Below are positions 36,311 to 46,585 of a stretch of DNA of 64,000 nucleotides, piece by piece. The position numbers and the translations under genes were made by a program. The notes under the pieces were generated by a model. It saw only the letters and a list, made by a program, of their open reading frames with translations, was not told the origin of the DNA and made no database searches. Source of the DNA: Candidatus Berkelbacteria bacterium CG10_big_fil_rev_8_21_14_0_10_43_13 (GTDB lineage: Bacteria > Patescibacteriota > UBA1384 > XYA2-FULL-43-10 > 1-14-0-10-43-13); the NCBI GenBank assembly GCA_002773985.1, contig PEZW01000018.1, forward strand, positions 34,240 to 98,239, written 5' to 3'. Position 1 is the stretch's first letter; the number at the start of each line of letters is the position of its first letter.

Positions 36311-37186
36311 TTGTTTATCCAAATTTTCATCAATGGTTTAGTCGCTGGCGCAATCTACGCTCTGATCGCGTCTGGTTTTTCGTTGATTTATTCGACCAAT
36401 AAATTTGTTCATTTTGCCCACGGCACCGTCGCGGTTTGGGGTGGTTATCTTCTGTACTGGTTTTATTCACTTTTAGGACTGGACTTTTGGCTCGCCGCTG
36501 TCCTGACAATCATTTCGACCGCTATCATTGGATTTTTACTCAATTTACTTTTTTACAAACCACTTAGAAAAAGGAAATCGAGTTCGTCGATTTTATTGAT
36601 CGCCAGCGTCGGACTTTTAATTTTGCTGGAATCACTTATTCAAATTTTCTTCGGAAATAATGTCAAAACAATTGGGTTTGTCCAGTCAAGAACGGGCATC
36701 TCGATTGCCGGTGGCTTAATCACGCCACTTCAAATCATAACAATCATCAGCGCGGTCATCCTTTTTATCTTTCTGACATGGTTTATGAATAAAACCAAGA
36801 CCGGCAAGGCGATGAGAGCTGTCGCCGACAACAAGGACGTGGCCGAGATCGTCGGGATTTCAGCAGAAAAAATTTATACTTGGTCTTTTGTAGTCGGCTC
36901 GGCTATCGCCGGCTTGGCCGGTATTTTGATCACACTTGAATACAATCTAACACCGACAATGGGAACAAACTTGATGATCAAAGGCTTCGCCGGCGCCATC
37001 ATCGGCGGCATCGGCAGCGTTCCTGGCGCTATCGCCGGCTCATTTTTTCTCGGTCTGGTCGAAAAATTCGGCATCTGGTTTTTACCTTCTGGTTTCCAAG
37101 ATGCTATTGCCTTCATTATTTTGTTTATTTTTCTATTATTTAAGTCAACTGGATTATTTACGGTCAAGAAAGAGGCAACAAAATGA
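36311..37186 (+). CDS. livH: Branched-chain amino acid ABC permease
   Basis: NGLVAGAIYALIASG, HFAHG, GKAMRAVA, IIGGIGS; probable TTG start. Confidence 0.92.
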   Translation: MFIQIFINGLVAGAIYALIASGFSLIYSTNKFVHFAHGTVAVWGGYLLYWFYSLLGLDFWLAAVLTIISTAIIGFLLNLLFYKPLRKRKSSSSILLIASVGLLILLESLIQIFFGNNVKTIGFVQSRTGISIAGGLITPLQIITIISAVILFIFLTWFMNKTKTGKAMRAVADNKDVAEIVGISAEKIYTWSFVVGSAIAGLAGILITLEYNLTPTMGTNLMIKGFAGAIIGGIGSVPGAIAGSFFLGLVEKFGIWFLPSGFQDAIAFIILFIFLLFKSTGLFTVKKEATK

Positions 37187-38055
37187 TCTCGAGCTATTTT
37201 GGCGGATTACTGATAATGATTTCGATTTACTTGATTTTGGCACTGTCACTTCAACTCGCACTTGGCTTTTGTGGTTTGTTTAATCTCGGGTTTGTCGGCT
37301 TCTACGCTATCGGGGCTTATGCTTCCGCTCTTTTGGCTTTGTCCGGCCAACCGTTTTGGTTTTGCTTGCTCACCGCTGCTCTGGTACCAACAATCTTTGC
37401 TTATATACTTTCGACCGCAACCAATAAATTAAAAGGGGATTATCTCGCACTGGCAACGATGGGGTTTTCATTTGTGATCTACGCTGTCACTCTCAACTGG
37501 ATTGGACTGACCAAGGGTCCACTTGGACTACCCGGGATTCCGCGACCACAATTTTGGGGTATAGATTTCAACAACGACACAAACTTTTTAATTCTCTCTG
37601 CTCTGATCGCAATTTTAACTTATTTAATTCTACACAAAATTGCTTCATCGCCGTTTGGTAAAACACTCGAAGCCATCAGAGATGACGAATTGGCAGCCAA
37701 GAGCTTAGGTAAAAAGACAGCCACTGCCAAAAGCCTGGCCTTGATGATTTCAGCTTTTTTTGCTGGCATCGCCGGCTGCTTACTGGCATCTTATCTTTCA
37801 TACATCGATCCAACCTCTTTTATGTTTGTCAACTTGATTCCTATCCTAACCATTGTCGTTATCGGCGGACTTGCCTCTCTGCCCGGTACTGTCTTTGCAA
37901 CTATAATAATTGTCTTACTTCCTGAGCCGCTCCGCTTCATCGGCTTGCCATCATCACTGATCGGTCCGGGACGCCAATTGCTCTATGCCCTGTTTTTACT
38001 TTTAATACTTCTTTACAAACCAAAGGGGTTTTATGGAAAGGTTGAACTTGAGTAA
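37183..38055 (+). CDS. livM: Branched-chain amino acid ABC permease
   Basis: LKGDYLALAT, SPFG..L.AIRDDE.AA, KPKG. Confidence 0.92.
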   Translation: MISSYFGGLLIMISIYLILALSLQLALGFCGLFNLGFVGFYAIGAYASALLALSGQPFWFCLLTAALVPTIFAYILSTATNKLKGDYLALATMGFSFVIYAVTLNWIGLTKGPLGLPGIPRPQFWGIDFNNDTNFLILSALIAILTYLILHKIASSPFGKTLEAIRDDELAAKSLGKKTATAKSLALMISAFFAGIAGCLLASYLSYIDPTSFMFVNLIPILTIVVIGGLASLPGTVFATIIIVLLPEPLRFIGLPSSLIGPGRQLLYALFLLLILLYKPKGFYGKVELE

Positions 38056-38782
38056 TATTTTGGAAATAAAAAATCTTAAGCGGTCATTTGGCGGCGTCAA
38101 AGCGGTTGACGGCTGTAGTTTTGAAATTGAGTCCGGCAAAATTATTGCCATGATAGGTCCAAATGGTTCAGGCAAGACAACCGTCTTTAATTTGATTTCC
38201 GGAATTTTATCTGTAGACTCAGGCAAAATAATCCTTGACGGATCCAATATCACTGATAATTCAGTTGAAGAAAGAGCCCGGTTGGGTATCTCGAGAATGT
38301 ATCAGCAATCGCGGCTGTTCAAAAATCTAACCGTCAAGGAAAATCTGTTGTTGGTGCTCGATCAGAGAAATTTTAATTTCTTTGCCAGGTCTAAGCCATC
38401 GACAGAACAGACAGAACAAATAAATGAAATTTTGGATTTATTTGAACTCAACAAAAAAATAAATATGCCGGTCAAAACTCTCAGCTTCGGTCAACGCCGA
38501 CTGATTGAAATTGCCCGAACATATCTCTTGCCACACAAAATTATGCTTCTCGATGAGCCGGTCGCCGGTGTTACGCCACATTTGCGAAACGAAATTTCAA
38601 AATTCTTAACCAAGCTTAAGGATGAGGGAGAGACTATTCTAATTATTGAACATGATATGAACTTTGTGTACAATTTAGTTGATGAGGTGGTGGTCATGGA
38701 TGCAGGTAAAATAATCGCACATGGCAATCCGGTTGAGATCGAGAAAAATCAAAAAGTCAAAGAAGCTTATCTCGGTGCATAA
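38033..38782 (+). CDS. livG: Branched-chain amino acid ABC ATPase
   Basis: FGGVKAVD, GPNGSGKTT, LSFGQRR, EHDM, VKEAYLG. Confidence 0.93.
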   Translation: MERLNLSNILEIKNLKRSFGGVKAVDGCSFEIESGKIIAMIGPNGSGKTTVFNLISGILSVDSGKIILDGSNITDNSVEERARLGISRMYQQSRLFKNLTVKENLLLVLDQRNFNFFARSKPSTEQTEQINEILDLFELNKKINMPVKTLSFGQRRLIEIARTYLLPHKIMLLDEPVAGVTPHLRNEISKFLTKLKDEGETILIIEHDMNFVYNLVDEVVVMDAGKIIAHGNPVEIEKNQKVKEAYLGA

Positions 38783-38801
38783 ATGAATCTAGGCACCTAT
38801 C

Positions 38802-38847
38802 CGTCATTGCGAGCCAAGCCGATGAACATCGGCTGGCACGGCAATCT
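38802..38847. repeat. CGTCATTGCGAG...GCAATC REP-like palindrome
   Basis: Internal hairpin agccgatg-aa-catcggct; second copy at 35349. Confidence 0.8.
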
Positions 38848-38958
38848 ATGACTTTCGAAATGCAGAACTCAATTTATTAACATATTTTCCGATATATCAG
38901 ACAAGATGGAAATAAAATTTCTAAAATTTATGCAGAATTAATTTAAGAAGGTGGAGGA

Positions 38959-40143
38959 ATGGACAAAAAAGAAGAAGTGGAAGAACAGAAAAAAACCAAC
39001 TGGTGGCTACCAATCGGTTTAGTTATTTTATTGGTTGTATTTATCGGCGGGTTGTCGTGGTGGCAACAAAATAAAACGCCAAAGACCAATATTAAAATTG
39101 GAGTTATAGCACCACTGACAGGCGTAGCGGCACTTTATGGTCAGGGTTCGCTCGACATGATCAATATGGCTGTTGAAGAAATTAACAAAGCAGGTGGCAT
39201 CGACGGGCGAAATTTGAGTGTAGTTGCTGAAGATGGTAAATGTCAAGCTGATCAGGCCGTGATTGCTGCAAATAAGTTGATTCAGACTGACAAGGTTAAA
39301 TTTATTCTCGGTGGTCATTGTAGTAGTGAAACTGCCATAATCGCACCAATCTTGGACAAAAATAAAGTTTTTGGATTGGCCGGTGTTTCGACAGCCCCAG
39401 GAATTTTGGATAAATATTCTTATGTTTTTCGAACAAGTCCATCGAGTTCTGACCAATCAGCACAAATTGCACAGCTGGCTTATAATACTTACAATCTTAA
39501 AACAATCGCTACAATCACAGAACAGACAGCGTACGCAAAAGGTATTACTGATGATTTTATAAAAGATTTTGTCGCTTTGGGTGGAACAATTATCGACTCC
39601 GAGGAATATGCTTCAGGTCAAGCCGGTTTTCAAACCGAGTTAACAAAGATAAAGGCCGCCAAACCTGACGCGCTGTTCGTCTCTCCACAGGGGCAACCAA
39701 CTGCAATAGAAATTGCCAAAGAAATAAAAACTCTCAACATTACTGGAACACTTCTGGGTAATTCAGTTTTTGTTGGAAAGACGGTATACGCACAATCCGG
39801 TAATGCTCTCCCTGACGGAACATTTACTGTTGCTCCGTATGCTAATTTAACATCCAAAAATACAGCTGCATTAATTTCAAAATACAACGCTAAATATGGC
39901 AAGGATATTCCTTACAACAACTTTTTTGTTGGTGCGGCTTATGACGGTGTTTATATGCTAAAAAATGCATTGGTAAAATGCGGCGAAGATTCAACGTGTG
40001 TGAAGGATTACTTTTCTTCAATTAAAGATTACAACGGATCCGTTGCCACCTTTTCATTCAAGTCAAATGGTGACGCCGACATCAATAATTGGTACGAGCT
40101 GAAGTTGGTTGGTGGTAAGGAAGTATACTCAAAAGTTCAGTAA
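38959..40143 (+). CDS. livK: Branched-chain amino acid ABC substrate-binding protein
   Basis: TM anchor, IKIGVIAPLTG, EINKAGGI.G, GGHCS. Confidence 0.9.
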   Translation: MDKKEEVEEQKKTNWWLPIGLVILLVVFIGGLSWWQQNKTPKTNIKIGVIAPLTGVAALYGQGSLDMINMAVEEINKAGGIDGRNLSVVAEDGKCQADQAVIAANKLIQTDKVKFILGGHCSSETAIIAPILDKNKVFGLAGVSTAPGILDKYSYVFRTSPSSSDQSAQIAQLAYNTYNLKTIATITEQTAYAKGITDDFIKDFVALGGTIIDSEEYASGQAGFQTELTKIKAAKPDALFVSPQGQPTAIEIAKEIKTLNITGTLLGNSVFVGKTVYAQSGNALPDGTFTVAPYANLTSKNTAALISKYNAKYGKDIPYNNFFVGAAYDGVYMLKNALVKCGEDSTCVKDYFSSIKDYNGSVATFSFKSNGDADINNWYELKLVGGKEVYSKVQ

Positions 40144-40161
40144 TACAAAAATGATTTAATC

Positions 40162-40198
40162 TGCTCAAAAAGCTCATCTCTGGGCTTTTTTGAGTAGT
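40162..40198 (+). terminator. Intrinsic terminator after livK
   Basis: ctcaaaaagctc...gggcttttttgag hairpin. Confidence 0.6.
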
Positions 40199-40219
40199 TT
40201 GAGATATAATAAACTCATC

Positions 40220-41053
40220 ATGAAAAAGTCAAATTCCATAATCCTATTTGATCAAAAGAAAGTTCGCCGCACTTGGAATAAGGAGAGAGAGCTGTGGTAT
40301 TTTTCAGTCGTTGATGTTATTGAAATTTTAACCAATTCGACTATCCCAAAACGATACTGGAGTGATTTAAAAAATAAACTAAAAGACGAAGGAAGTGAGG
40401 TGTACGAAAAAATCGTACAACTGAAGTTTGTTGCCTCTGACGGTAAAAAATACGCGACAGACTGCTTTTCTACGGAAAATTTACTTCGTCTTGTTCAATC
40501 GATTCCCTCACCAAAGGCTGAGCCGTTTAAACTATGGCTGGCAAAAGTCGGATACGAGAGAATAGAAGAAACTGAGGATCCAGAGCTTGCTTTTGATCGG
40601 GCGATGAAAATTTATTTGCGAAAAGGTTATTCAAAGGAATGGATAAACCAGCGCTTGAAAAGTATTGAAGTACGCAAAGAGCTGACCGATGAATGGCACG
40701 AACGAGAAATGAAAGAGGGGCTGGAATACGCGATTTTAACGGATGAAATCACAAAAGCTTGGGCGGACAGGAGTGTCAGAGATTACAAAAAGCTGAAAAA
40801 ACTCAAAAAAGAAAATCTGAGAGATAATATGACCAATCTAGAGCTGATCTTGAATATGTTGGCCGAAGCCTCTACGATGGAAATTTCCAAAAAACAGAAG
40901 CCGACCGGATTACAAAAAAACAGGGAAGTGGCTCGAAAAGGTGGTTTAGCCGCAAAAAAAGCGCGATTAGAAGTGGAAAAGCAAACAGGTGAAAGTGTTG
41001 TGACTTCAAAGAATGCCAAAGTGTTGCGTCACGAGAACAAGAGACTAAAATAA
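40220..41053 (+). CDS. BRO-N domain (phage antirepressor-like) protein
   Basis: VRRTW...WYFSVVDVI..LT, QSIPSPKAEPFKLWLA, ENLRDNMT. Confidence 0.85.
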   Translation: MKKSNSIILFDQKKVRRTWNKERELWYFSVVDVIEILTNSTIPKRYWSDLKNKLKDEGSEVYEKIVQLKFVASDGKKYATDCFSTENLLRLVQSIPSPKAEPFKLWLAKVGYERIEETEDPELAFDRAMKIYLRKGYSKEWINQRLKSIEVRKELTDEWHEREMKEGLEYAILTDEITKAWADRSVRDYKKLKKLKKENLRDNMTNLELILNMLAEASTMEISKKQKPTGLQKNREVARKGGLAAKKARLEVEKQTGESVVTSKNAKVLRHENKRLK

Positions 41054-41054
41054 T

Positions 41055-41759
41055 ATGCTAAAAATATCCTCTCTAAAATCCGGTTATGATGGTATGGAAA
41101 TTCTTCGCGGGGTTGATATTTATGTCGATCCGGGCGAGATTGTGGCATTGATCGGTACCAATGGAGCAGGCAAGTCGACATTACTCAAAAGCATTTTTAA
41201 CTTGGCAGATATCTATGATGGCCAAATTATTTTTAAAGACAAAGACATTACAAATCTACCAACACACGACTTGATTAGGGAGGGTATTAGCTTTGCTCCA
41301 CAGGGCAGACTGGTTTTTTCCGACATGACGGTGTTCGAAAATCTAGAGATGGGAGCTTTTATCTTTACCGACAAGGAGCTGGTCAAAAGAAATATTAAAG
41401 ATATATTTGAAAAATTCCCAACCCTTAAAGCAAAGCAGAAACATAACGCATCTACCCTTTCAGGGGGACAACAGCAATTGCTCTCAATCGCTCGTGCACT
41501 TGTTCAAAATCCTGAGTTACTACTCCTTGATGAACCATCACTTGGTCTTTCTCCAATCGCGATGAAAGAAGTGTTTAGTAAAATTGTTGAAATTAATCAT
41601 AGAAGTGTGTCAGTTTTAATTGTCGAACAAAACGTTAAACAGGCTGTCTCGATTGCAAACCGTACATACATACTTGAAAATGGGCGTGTCGCGCTTGAAG
41701 GAAATAAAGATATTTTAAAAAATCCCGAGACCAGCCAAATTTATTTTGGTCTAAAATAA
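41055..41759 (+). CDS. livF: Branched-chain amino acid ABC ATPase
   Basis: G.NGAGKST, PQGR.VF, LSGGQQQ, DEPSLGLSP, VEQN. Confidence 0.93.
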   Translation: MLKISSLKSGYDGMEILRGVDIYVDPGEIVALIGTNGAGKSTLLKSIFNLADIYDGQIIFKDKDITNLPTHDLIREGISFAPQGRLVFSDMTVFENLEMGAFIFTDKELVKRNIKDIFEKFPTLKAKQKHNASTLSGGQQQLLSIARALVQNPELLLLDEPSLGLSPIAMKEVFSKIVEINHRSVSVLIVEQNVKQAVSIANRTYILENGRVALEGNKDILKNPETSQIYFGLK

Positions 41760-41800
41760 GCAATAGTCCTACTTATTATTAAAGAGATTTATATTCAGAT

Positions 41801-42523
41801 TTACCGAATCTTTGCCATTTTGTACTTACCGTCATCCTGAAAATAGAGTTCTGAACCACGACTCCCGATAGCAAAGATGGTCGGCGTATCACTGGATAAT
41901 TTCACAAGGGCAGTGTCGTTTTGACCATTTGACTCGATAAGACGAATTTCTTTGCCCTGTTGATATACTATATGAGCAAGATCCGGATACCAGACTGCGC
42001 CCTGGACAGGTGATGCAAATCGAGTTACGAGTTGATTACCGACCCAAATCTCGTATTCATTGTACAACAATTGATCAGGGGCATTTGACGCCAGAACTTC
42101 GGTTGGTTCCGTCAAAATACCGATTTTATCCGGATCAGTCAGATCAGAAACAGGTATTTTCGAACGAAAAAGTATGATGTCACTAAATTCATTGACAGAC
42201 TGAGATCTCACCTGCAGACCAAGCTTCCATGACACATATCCAGATTTATCGACTGAAACATGATATAAACCGGGCGTCAGGTTTTCAACAAAACTTGAGG
42301 ATTCTTCCTGACGCAGATCATTTACGCTGATCGTCACATTTCGTGGCTGAAATTTGAGATAGAGTACGCCGGTTTTTACGACTCTGAAGGTTGAAAAATC
42401 GAAACGATAACCTTCAGCATAAAAGATAACACCAAGGGACATTAAAATAACAATGAATGCAACTATGGATTGTCCAAACAAAATTTTTGGCAGCAAACGT
42501 GTACGTCGATCATTTCTAACCAT
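41801..42523 (-). CDS. PEGA-domain membrane protein
   Basis: TM helix, GYRFD...KTG.L...P, LTPG.Y.V.V.K.GY..W. Confidence 0.75.
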   Translation of the reverse strand: MVRNDRRTRLLPKILFGQSIVAFIVILMSLGVIFYAEGYRFDFSTFRVVKTGVLYLKFQPRNVTISVNDLRQEESSSFVENLTPGLYHVSVDKSGYVSWKLGLQVRSQSVNEFSDIILFRSKIPVSDLTDPDKIGILTEPTEVLASNAPDQLLYNEYEIWVGNQLVTRFASPVQGAVWYPDLAHIVYQQGKEIRLIESNGQNDTALVKLSSDTPTIFAIGSRGSELYFQDDGKYKMAKIR

Positions 42524-42549
42524 TTTGTGCTTTCATAATATTGCAAACT

Positions 42550-42789
42550 GTAACTGCTCACTCGGCTGTCATTCCCGCCCCGTATCAGAGTACGGGATAA
42601 ACTCCGGCGGGTCATCGATTCTGAGGGATGAGCCCTCAGGCTCAGACTCGAATGAGAATCCAGGTGGCACAATCGCAACCGAACTTCCTGGATCCCCGGG
42701 CTTCACTCCCTCGCCCCGCCTAAGTCTCAAGGCGGGGCAAGTCACACCGCTGAAACCGAGGATGACAGAAAGGATGGATGAGCAGTTAC
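42550..42789. repeat. Composite nested palindromic element (MITE-like)
   Basis: Terminal IR gtaactgctca/tgagcagttac enclosing tgtcattccc...ggatgaca with three extra hairpins. Confidence 0.85.
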
Positions 42790-42865
42790 TGCAAATTGTC
42801 TTGTAACTTTACATTTATTACAATACAATAATAGCAAATAGTATAGAAAAAATAAATGAGGTTTT

Positions 42866-44128
42866 ATGGCAAAGTTCAAAATAACAGGACAAACAAAATT
42901 AAACGGTACCATCAAAATAGGTGGAGCAAAGAACGCAGCTTTAAAAATTTTACAAGCGGCAATTTTAGCAGATTCACCGTCAACCATTTCAAATGTGCCG
43001 AACATCTTGGATATAAATAAAAGCCTGGCAATCCTTGAAAGCATTGGTGCTAAAATTAAGCTTACAAACAACGTTGTAACGATCGACCCGACAGAGATAA
43101 AATCGTCACATCCAGATGAAAAATTAATGAAAAAATTGCGCGGATCAATCGTTCTGATCGGGGCACTTCTATCGAAATTCGGTCACGCCGTCTTTTCCCA
43201 GCCGGGTGGCTGTTTGATCGGTTCCAGACCGATCGACGACCATCTCGATTTATTCAAACAGCTCGGCGTCAAAATTACCTCCGACGACCATACTTTTTAT
43301 CTCGGCGGTAAACCACAAGCCGGAAAAATTGTCCTCAATAAAATGAGTGTTACCGCGACTGAAAACGCTATTTTGGCGACAGTTTTTTCCCCTGGAAAAA
43401 CCGAGATACATATAGCTGCAGCCGAGCCGGAAATCGCTGACTTGGCCAACTATTTGAATAAAATGGGGGCAAAAATCTCCGGCGCCGGCACTCATGTCAT
43501 CACTGTTGAGGGTGTGAGCAGTCTATCCGGAACAGATTATGAAGTCATGCCTGATCGGATAGAAGCGGGAACATATCTGGCCGCTGCGATTGCGACAAAT
43601 TCCGGGCTCGAGATTGGCCCAGTTATCAGTGACCATCTGTCCATCTATCTTAAAAAGATGAAAGACGCCGGAGCTAGTTTTTCAATAGTGAATCACAATG
43701 GCGCTGAATATATTAAAACTTCACGACACTCCGGTCTCACTGCTCAATCTATCGACACGCGTCCGTACCCGGGTTTTTCGACCGATCTCCAATCGCCTTA
43801 TGCAGTCCTGATGACTCAAGCAAAAGGATTGACAAATATTTTTGAAACCATGTTTGAAGGCCGATTTGCTTATCTCGAACAAGTAAGGAAAATGGGGGCG
43901 AGTACAGAGATCGTCAATACGCACGAATTTACCATTTCAGGTCCGTGCGAACTAACAGGGGCAGAGGTTTCTGGCGCTGACATCCGTGGAGGTGCCGCTC
44001 TAGTTATCGCTGCGTTGATTGCCAAAGGAGAAACAATTATCACCGATATCGAATTTGTTGATCGCGGCTATGAAAATATGGATAAAAAATTACGTGCCGT
44101 CGGCGCCGATATTGAACGAATTAGCTAG
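42866..44128 (+). CDS. murA: UDP-N-acetylglucosamine 1-carboxyvinyltransferase
   Basis: GAKNAAL, PGGC.IG.RPID.H, PGF.TDLQ, DRGYE. Confidence 0.97.
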   Translation: MAKFKITGQTKLNGTIKIGGAKNAALKILQAAILADSPSTISNVPNILDINKSLAILESIGAKIKLTNNVVTIDPTEIKSSHPDEKLMKKLRGSIVLIGALLSKFGHAVFSQPGGCLIGSRPIDDHLDLFKQLGVKITSDDHTFYLGGKPQAGKIVLNKMSVTATENAILATVFSPGKTEIHIAAAEPEIADLANYLNKMGAKISGAGTHVITVEGVSSLSGTDYEVMPDRIEAGTYLAAAIATNSGLEIGPVISDHLSIYLKKMKDAGASFSIVNHNGAEYIKTSRHSGLTAQSIDTRPYPGFSTDLQSPYAVLMTQAKGLTNIFETMFEGRFAYLEQVRKMGASTEIVNTHEFTISGPCELTGAEVSGADIRGGAALVIAALIAKGETIITDIEFVDRGYENMDKKLRAVGADIERIS

Positions 44129-44170
44129 CGACTAATTTTTAACTCTTAATTTTAAATCAATTTATATTTA

Positions 44171-44285
44171 TTACCACTGTTGTGTAGTTGTCATGCTGAA
44201 CTCGTTTCAGCATCTCGGAATCAAGCCGCGGGATCCCGAAACGAGTTCGGGATGACATAAAAGATTTAATTGTACAACATTAGTA
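44171..44285. repeat. Palindromic element (TTACCACTGTTGTGTA shell, TGTCAT...ATGACA core)
   Basis: Shell shared with the 59740 and 63604-63718 elements. Confidence 0.75.
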
Positions 44286-44377
44286 TTTATTCTAATTTTC
44301 TAACAATAGAACATTGGGATTTTATTAGAAATTAAGTCAAAGACTCCCCTTTGGGGGAAATTAGAAATTTTATTAGC

Positions 44378-45385
44378 ATGATCCGCAAAATAGCCATCGA
44401 TCTTGGAACCAACAATGTTCGAGTTTATATTCCCAAGAAGGGGATAGTTATTAGCGATCCTAGCGTTGTTGCTCTCCAGGCCGCTGACAACAAGGTTATG
44501 GCAATTGGCGAAGAAGCCAAGAAAATGATCGGACGAACCCCGGAGAGCATCATCGCTGCCAGTCCGCTCAGAGATGGTGCGATTGCCAGTTTCCATATCG
44601 CGGAAGCCATGCTCAAGCACTACATCGACAAAGTTTCTGGTAGTATCCGTCTTTTCAAACCAGACATTATGGTTTCGATTCCTGCCGGTGTCACTTCGAC
44701 AGAGAGACGTGCCGTTATCGATGCCTGTAACTCTGCTGGCGCCAAACAAACTTATTTGATCAAGCAACCAGTCGCCGCGGCACTAGGAGCAGGAATCCCG
44801 ATTGCCATTCCTGCCGGCAACATGATTATTGATATTGGTGGCGGTACTAGCGAAGTTGCCGTCATCTCACTCGGCGATGTCGTCGCTTCGACTTCCGTAC
44901 GCGTTGGTGGCAATAAATTTGATTCTGCTATTGCCAATTATGTTCGAAAAAAACACAATCTTATTATCGGCGATCAAACTGCTGAAGAGATCAAGATTAA
45001 GATCGGTTCAGCTCAACCGTTGAAAAAAGAGTTGAAAATGGAAGCCTCTGGGTCAAATTCTATTACTGGCCTACCTGAAAGCATCATTCTCTCATCAGAG
45101 GAAATCGTCGCAGCCATCAAAACACCACTTCTGGAGATTATCAACGCAGTCAAAGATGTTTTACAAAAAACCCCTCCAGAACTCGCTTCCGATATTATGG
45201 ATAAAGGGGTCATCTTGACCGGTGGCGGCTCGCTCCTTCGCAACATCGATGCGCTCTTGACAAAGGTCACAGGAGTTCCCTGTGAAGTAGCAAACAACCC
45301 GATGGAGTGTGTCGTTAAGGGGTCTGGAATTGCTCTCGAAAATCTCGACGCATTTAAGAAGTCAGTTCTTTGGTCCAAAAGCTAG
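44378..45385 (+). CDS. mreB: Rod shape-determining protein MreB/Mbl
   Basis: IAIDLGT, DIGGGTSE, LTGGGSLL. Confidence 0.96.
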   Translation: MIRKIAIDLGTNNVRVYIPKKGIVISDPSVVALQAADNKVMAIGEEAKKMIGRTPESIIAASPLRDGAIASFHIAEAMLKHYIDKVSGSIRLFKPDIMVSIPAGVTSTERRAVIDACNSAGAKQTYLIKQPVAAALGAGIPIAIPAGNMIIDIGGGTSEVAVISLGDVVASTSVRVGGNKFDSAIANYVRKKHNLIIGDQTAEEIKIKIGSAQPLKKELKMEASGSNSITGLPESIILSSEEIVAAIKTPLLEIINAVKDVLQKTPPELASDIMDKGVILTGGGSLLRNIDALLTKVTGVPCEVANNPMECVVKGSGIALENLDAFKKSVLWSKS

Positions 45386-45487
45386 ATCATTCTACAAATT
45401 ACAAATTTAATACAAAAATACAAATATCGATAAACTGATTTGTATATTTGTAATCAGATTTGTAATATGTAGAGATTTGGAGCTATT

Positions 45488-46585
45488 ATGATCATCGGCA
45501 TCGACGCTTCAAAAGCAGCAGTCAAAAATAGAACTGGCATAGAAAATCTTGTCTATGAGCTTATTTTGAATTTGATAAAAATCGATCACAATAATATCTA
45601 TTATCTATACACCAACGCCCCTCTGCCAAAAGAACTCAAACACCAGCTAAATTTTATCGAAAAGTTAGATCGACGAAAACGTTTCTGGAATAGCTGGTTC
45701 TTACCCCAAATTGTTCGCACAAATAAGTGTGATGTCTATCTCCAGCCAACCGATAAAATTCCAGCAAGCGCCCCGAAAAAATCAATTGCAATTGTTCATG
45801 ACCTGGCTTGGAAGTATTTTCCCGCAGCATATTCTGTTCTCGGAAATATACGCCAAAGGCAGGCGATTGATAATTACTTACGCCGAGCCAAAAAACTAAT
45901 CTGCGTCAGTGAATCAACAAAAAATGACCTGACCAAATATTTTCCCGAAGCGAAATCAAAAGCCTCCGTCGTCCCGCTCGGATACGACAAAAATGTTTTT
46001 CATCCATTTTCGTCACCACGTGATTTGCTTAAAATTGATAGCCCTTATATTCTCTCTGTCGGACGTCTCGAGGAGCGAAAAAATACCGCTCGCCTGATAA
46101 ATGCATTTGTTAGCTTGAAAAAGGAGAAGGGGATCGAGCACAAACTTGTTCTCATCGGCTCGCCTGGATATAATTTTGATGTTATTTACAGATTGATCAA
46201 CGATGCGGGACAATATGCCAAAGATATCGTCTTGCCTGGCTTTATCAAACGCGATAAACTGGCCGAGGTAATCGCTCGCGCTGATGTCTTTGCGTTTCCG
46301 ACACTCTACGAAGGTTTTGGCTTGTCAGTTCTCGAAGCGTTGGCCTGTGGTGTCCCGGTAGTCACGTCCAATGTCTCGTCATTGCCGGAAATTGTTGGCA
46401 ACGCCGCTCTGCTCTGTAATCCCGAGGATGAAAATGACATTGGCGAAAAAATATTTCAATTTATCTCCGACGAAAAACTAAGAGATAAATATTCCCGTCG
46501 AGCCGTCGATCAAGCTACCAAGTTTTCTTGGGAAAAAACAGCAAGAGAGACTCTGAACATTATTGAGAAATGGAAAAATGAATAA
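45488..46585 (+). CDS. Glycosyltransferase family 4
   Basis: VGRLEERKN, YEGFGLSVLEALACG. Confidence 0.92.
   Translation: MIIGIDASKAAVKNRTGIENLVYELILNLIKIDHNNIYYLYTNAPLPKELKHQLNFIEKLDRRKRFWNSWFLPQIVRTNKCDVYLQPTDKIPASAPKKSIAIVHDLAWKYFPAAYSVLGNIRQRQAIDNYLRRAKKLICVSESTKNDLTKYFPEAKSKASVVPLGYDKNVFHPFSSPRDLLKIDSPYILSVGRLEERKNTARLINAFVSLKKEKGIEHKLVLIGSPGYNFDVIYRLINDAGQYAKDIVLPGFIKRDKLAEVIARADVFAFPTLYEGFGLSVLEALACGVPVVTSNVSSLPEIVGNAALLCNPEDENDIGEKIFQFISDEKLRDKYSRRAVDQATKFSWEKTARETLNIIEKWKNE

Noticed and set aside
40220-41053. Prophage, suggested by the BRO-N gene and the transglycosylase at the window end
   Set aside because: No integrase, terminase, capsid or tail genes; neighbours are housekeeping genes.
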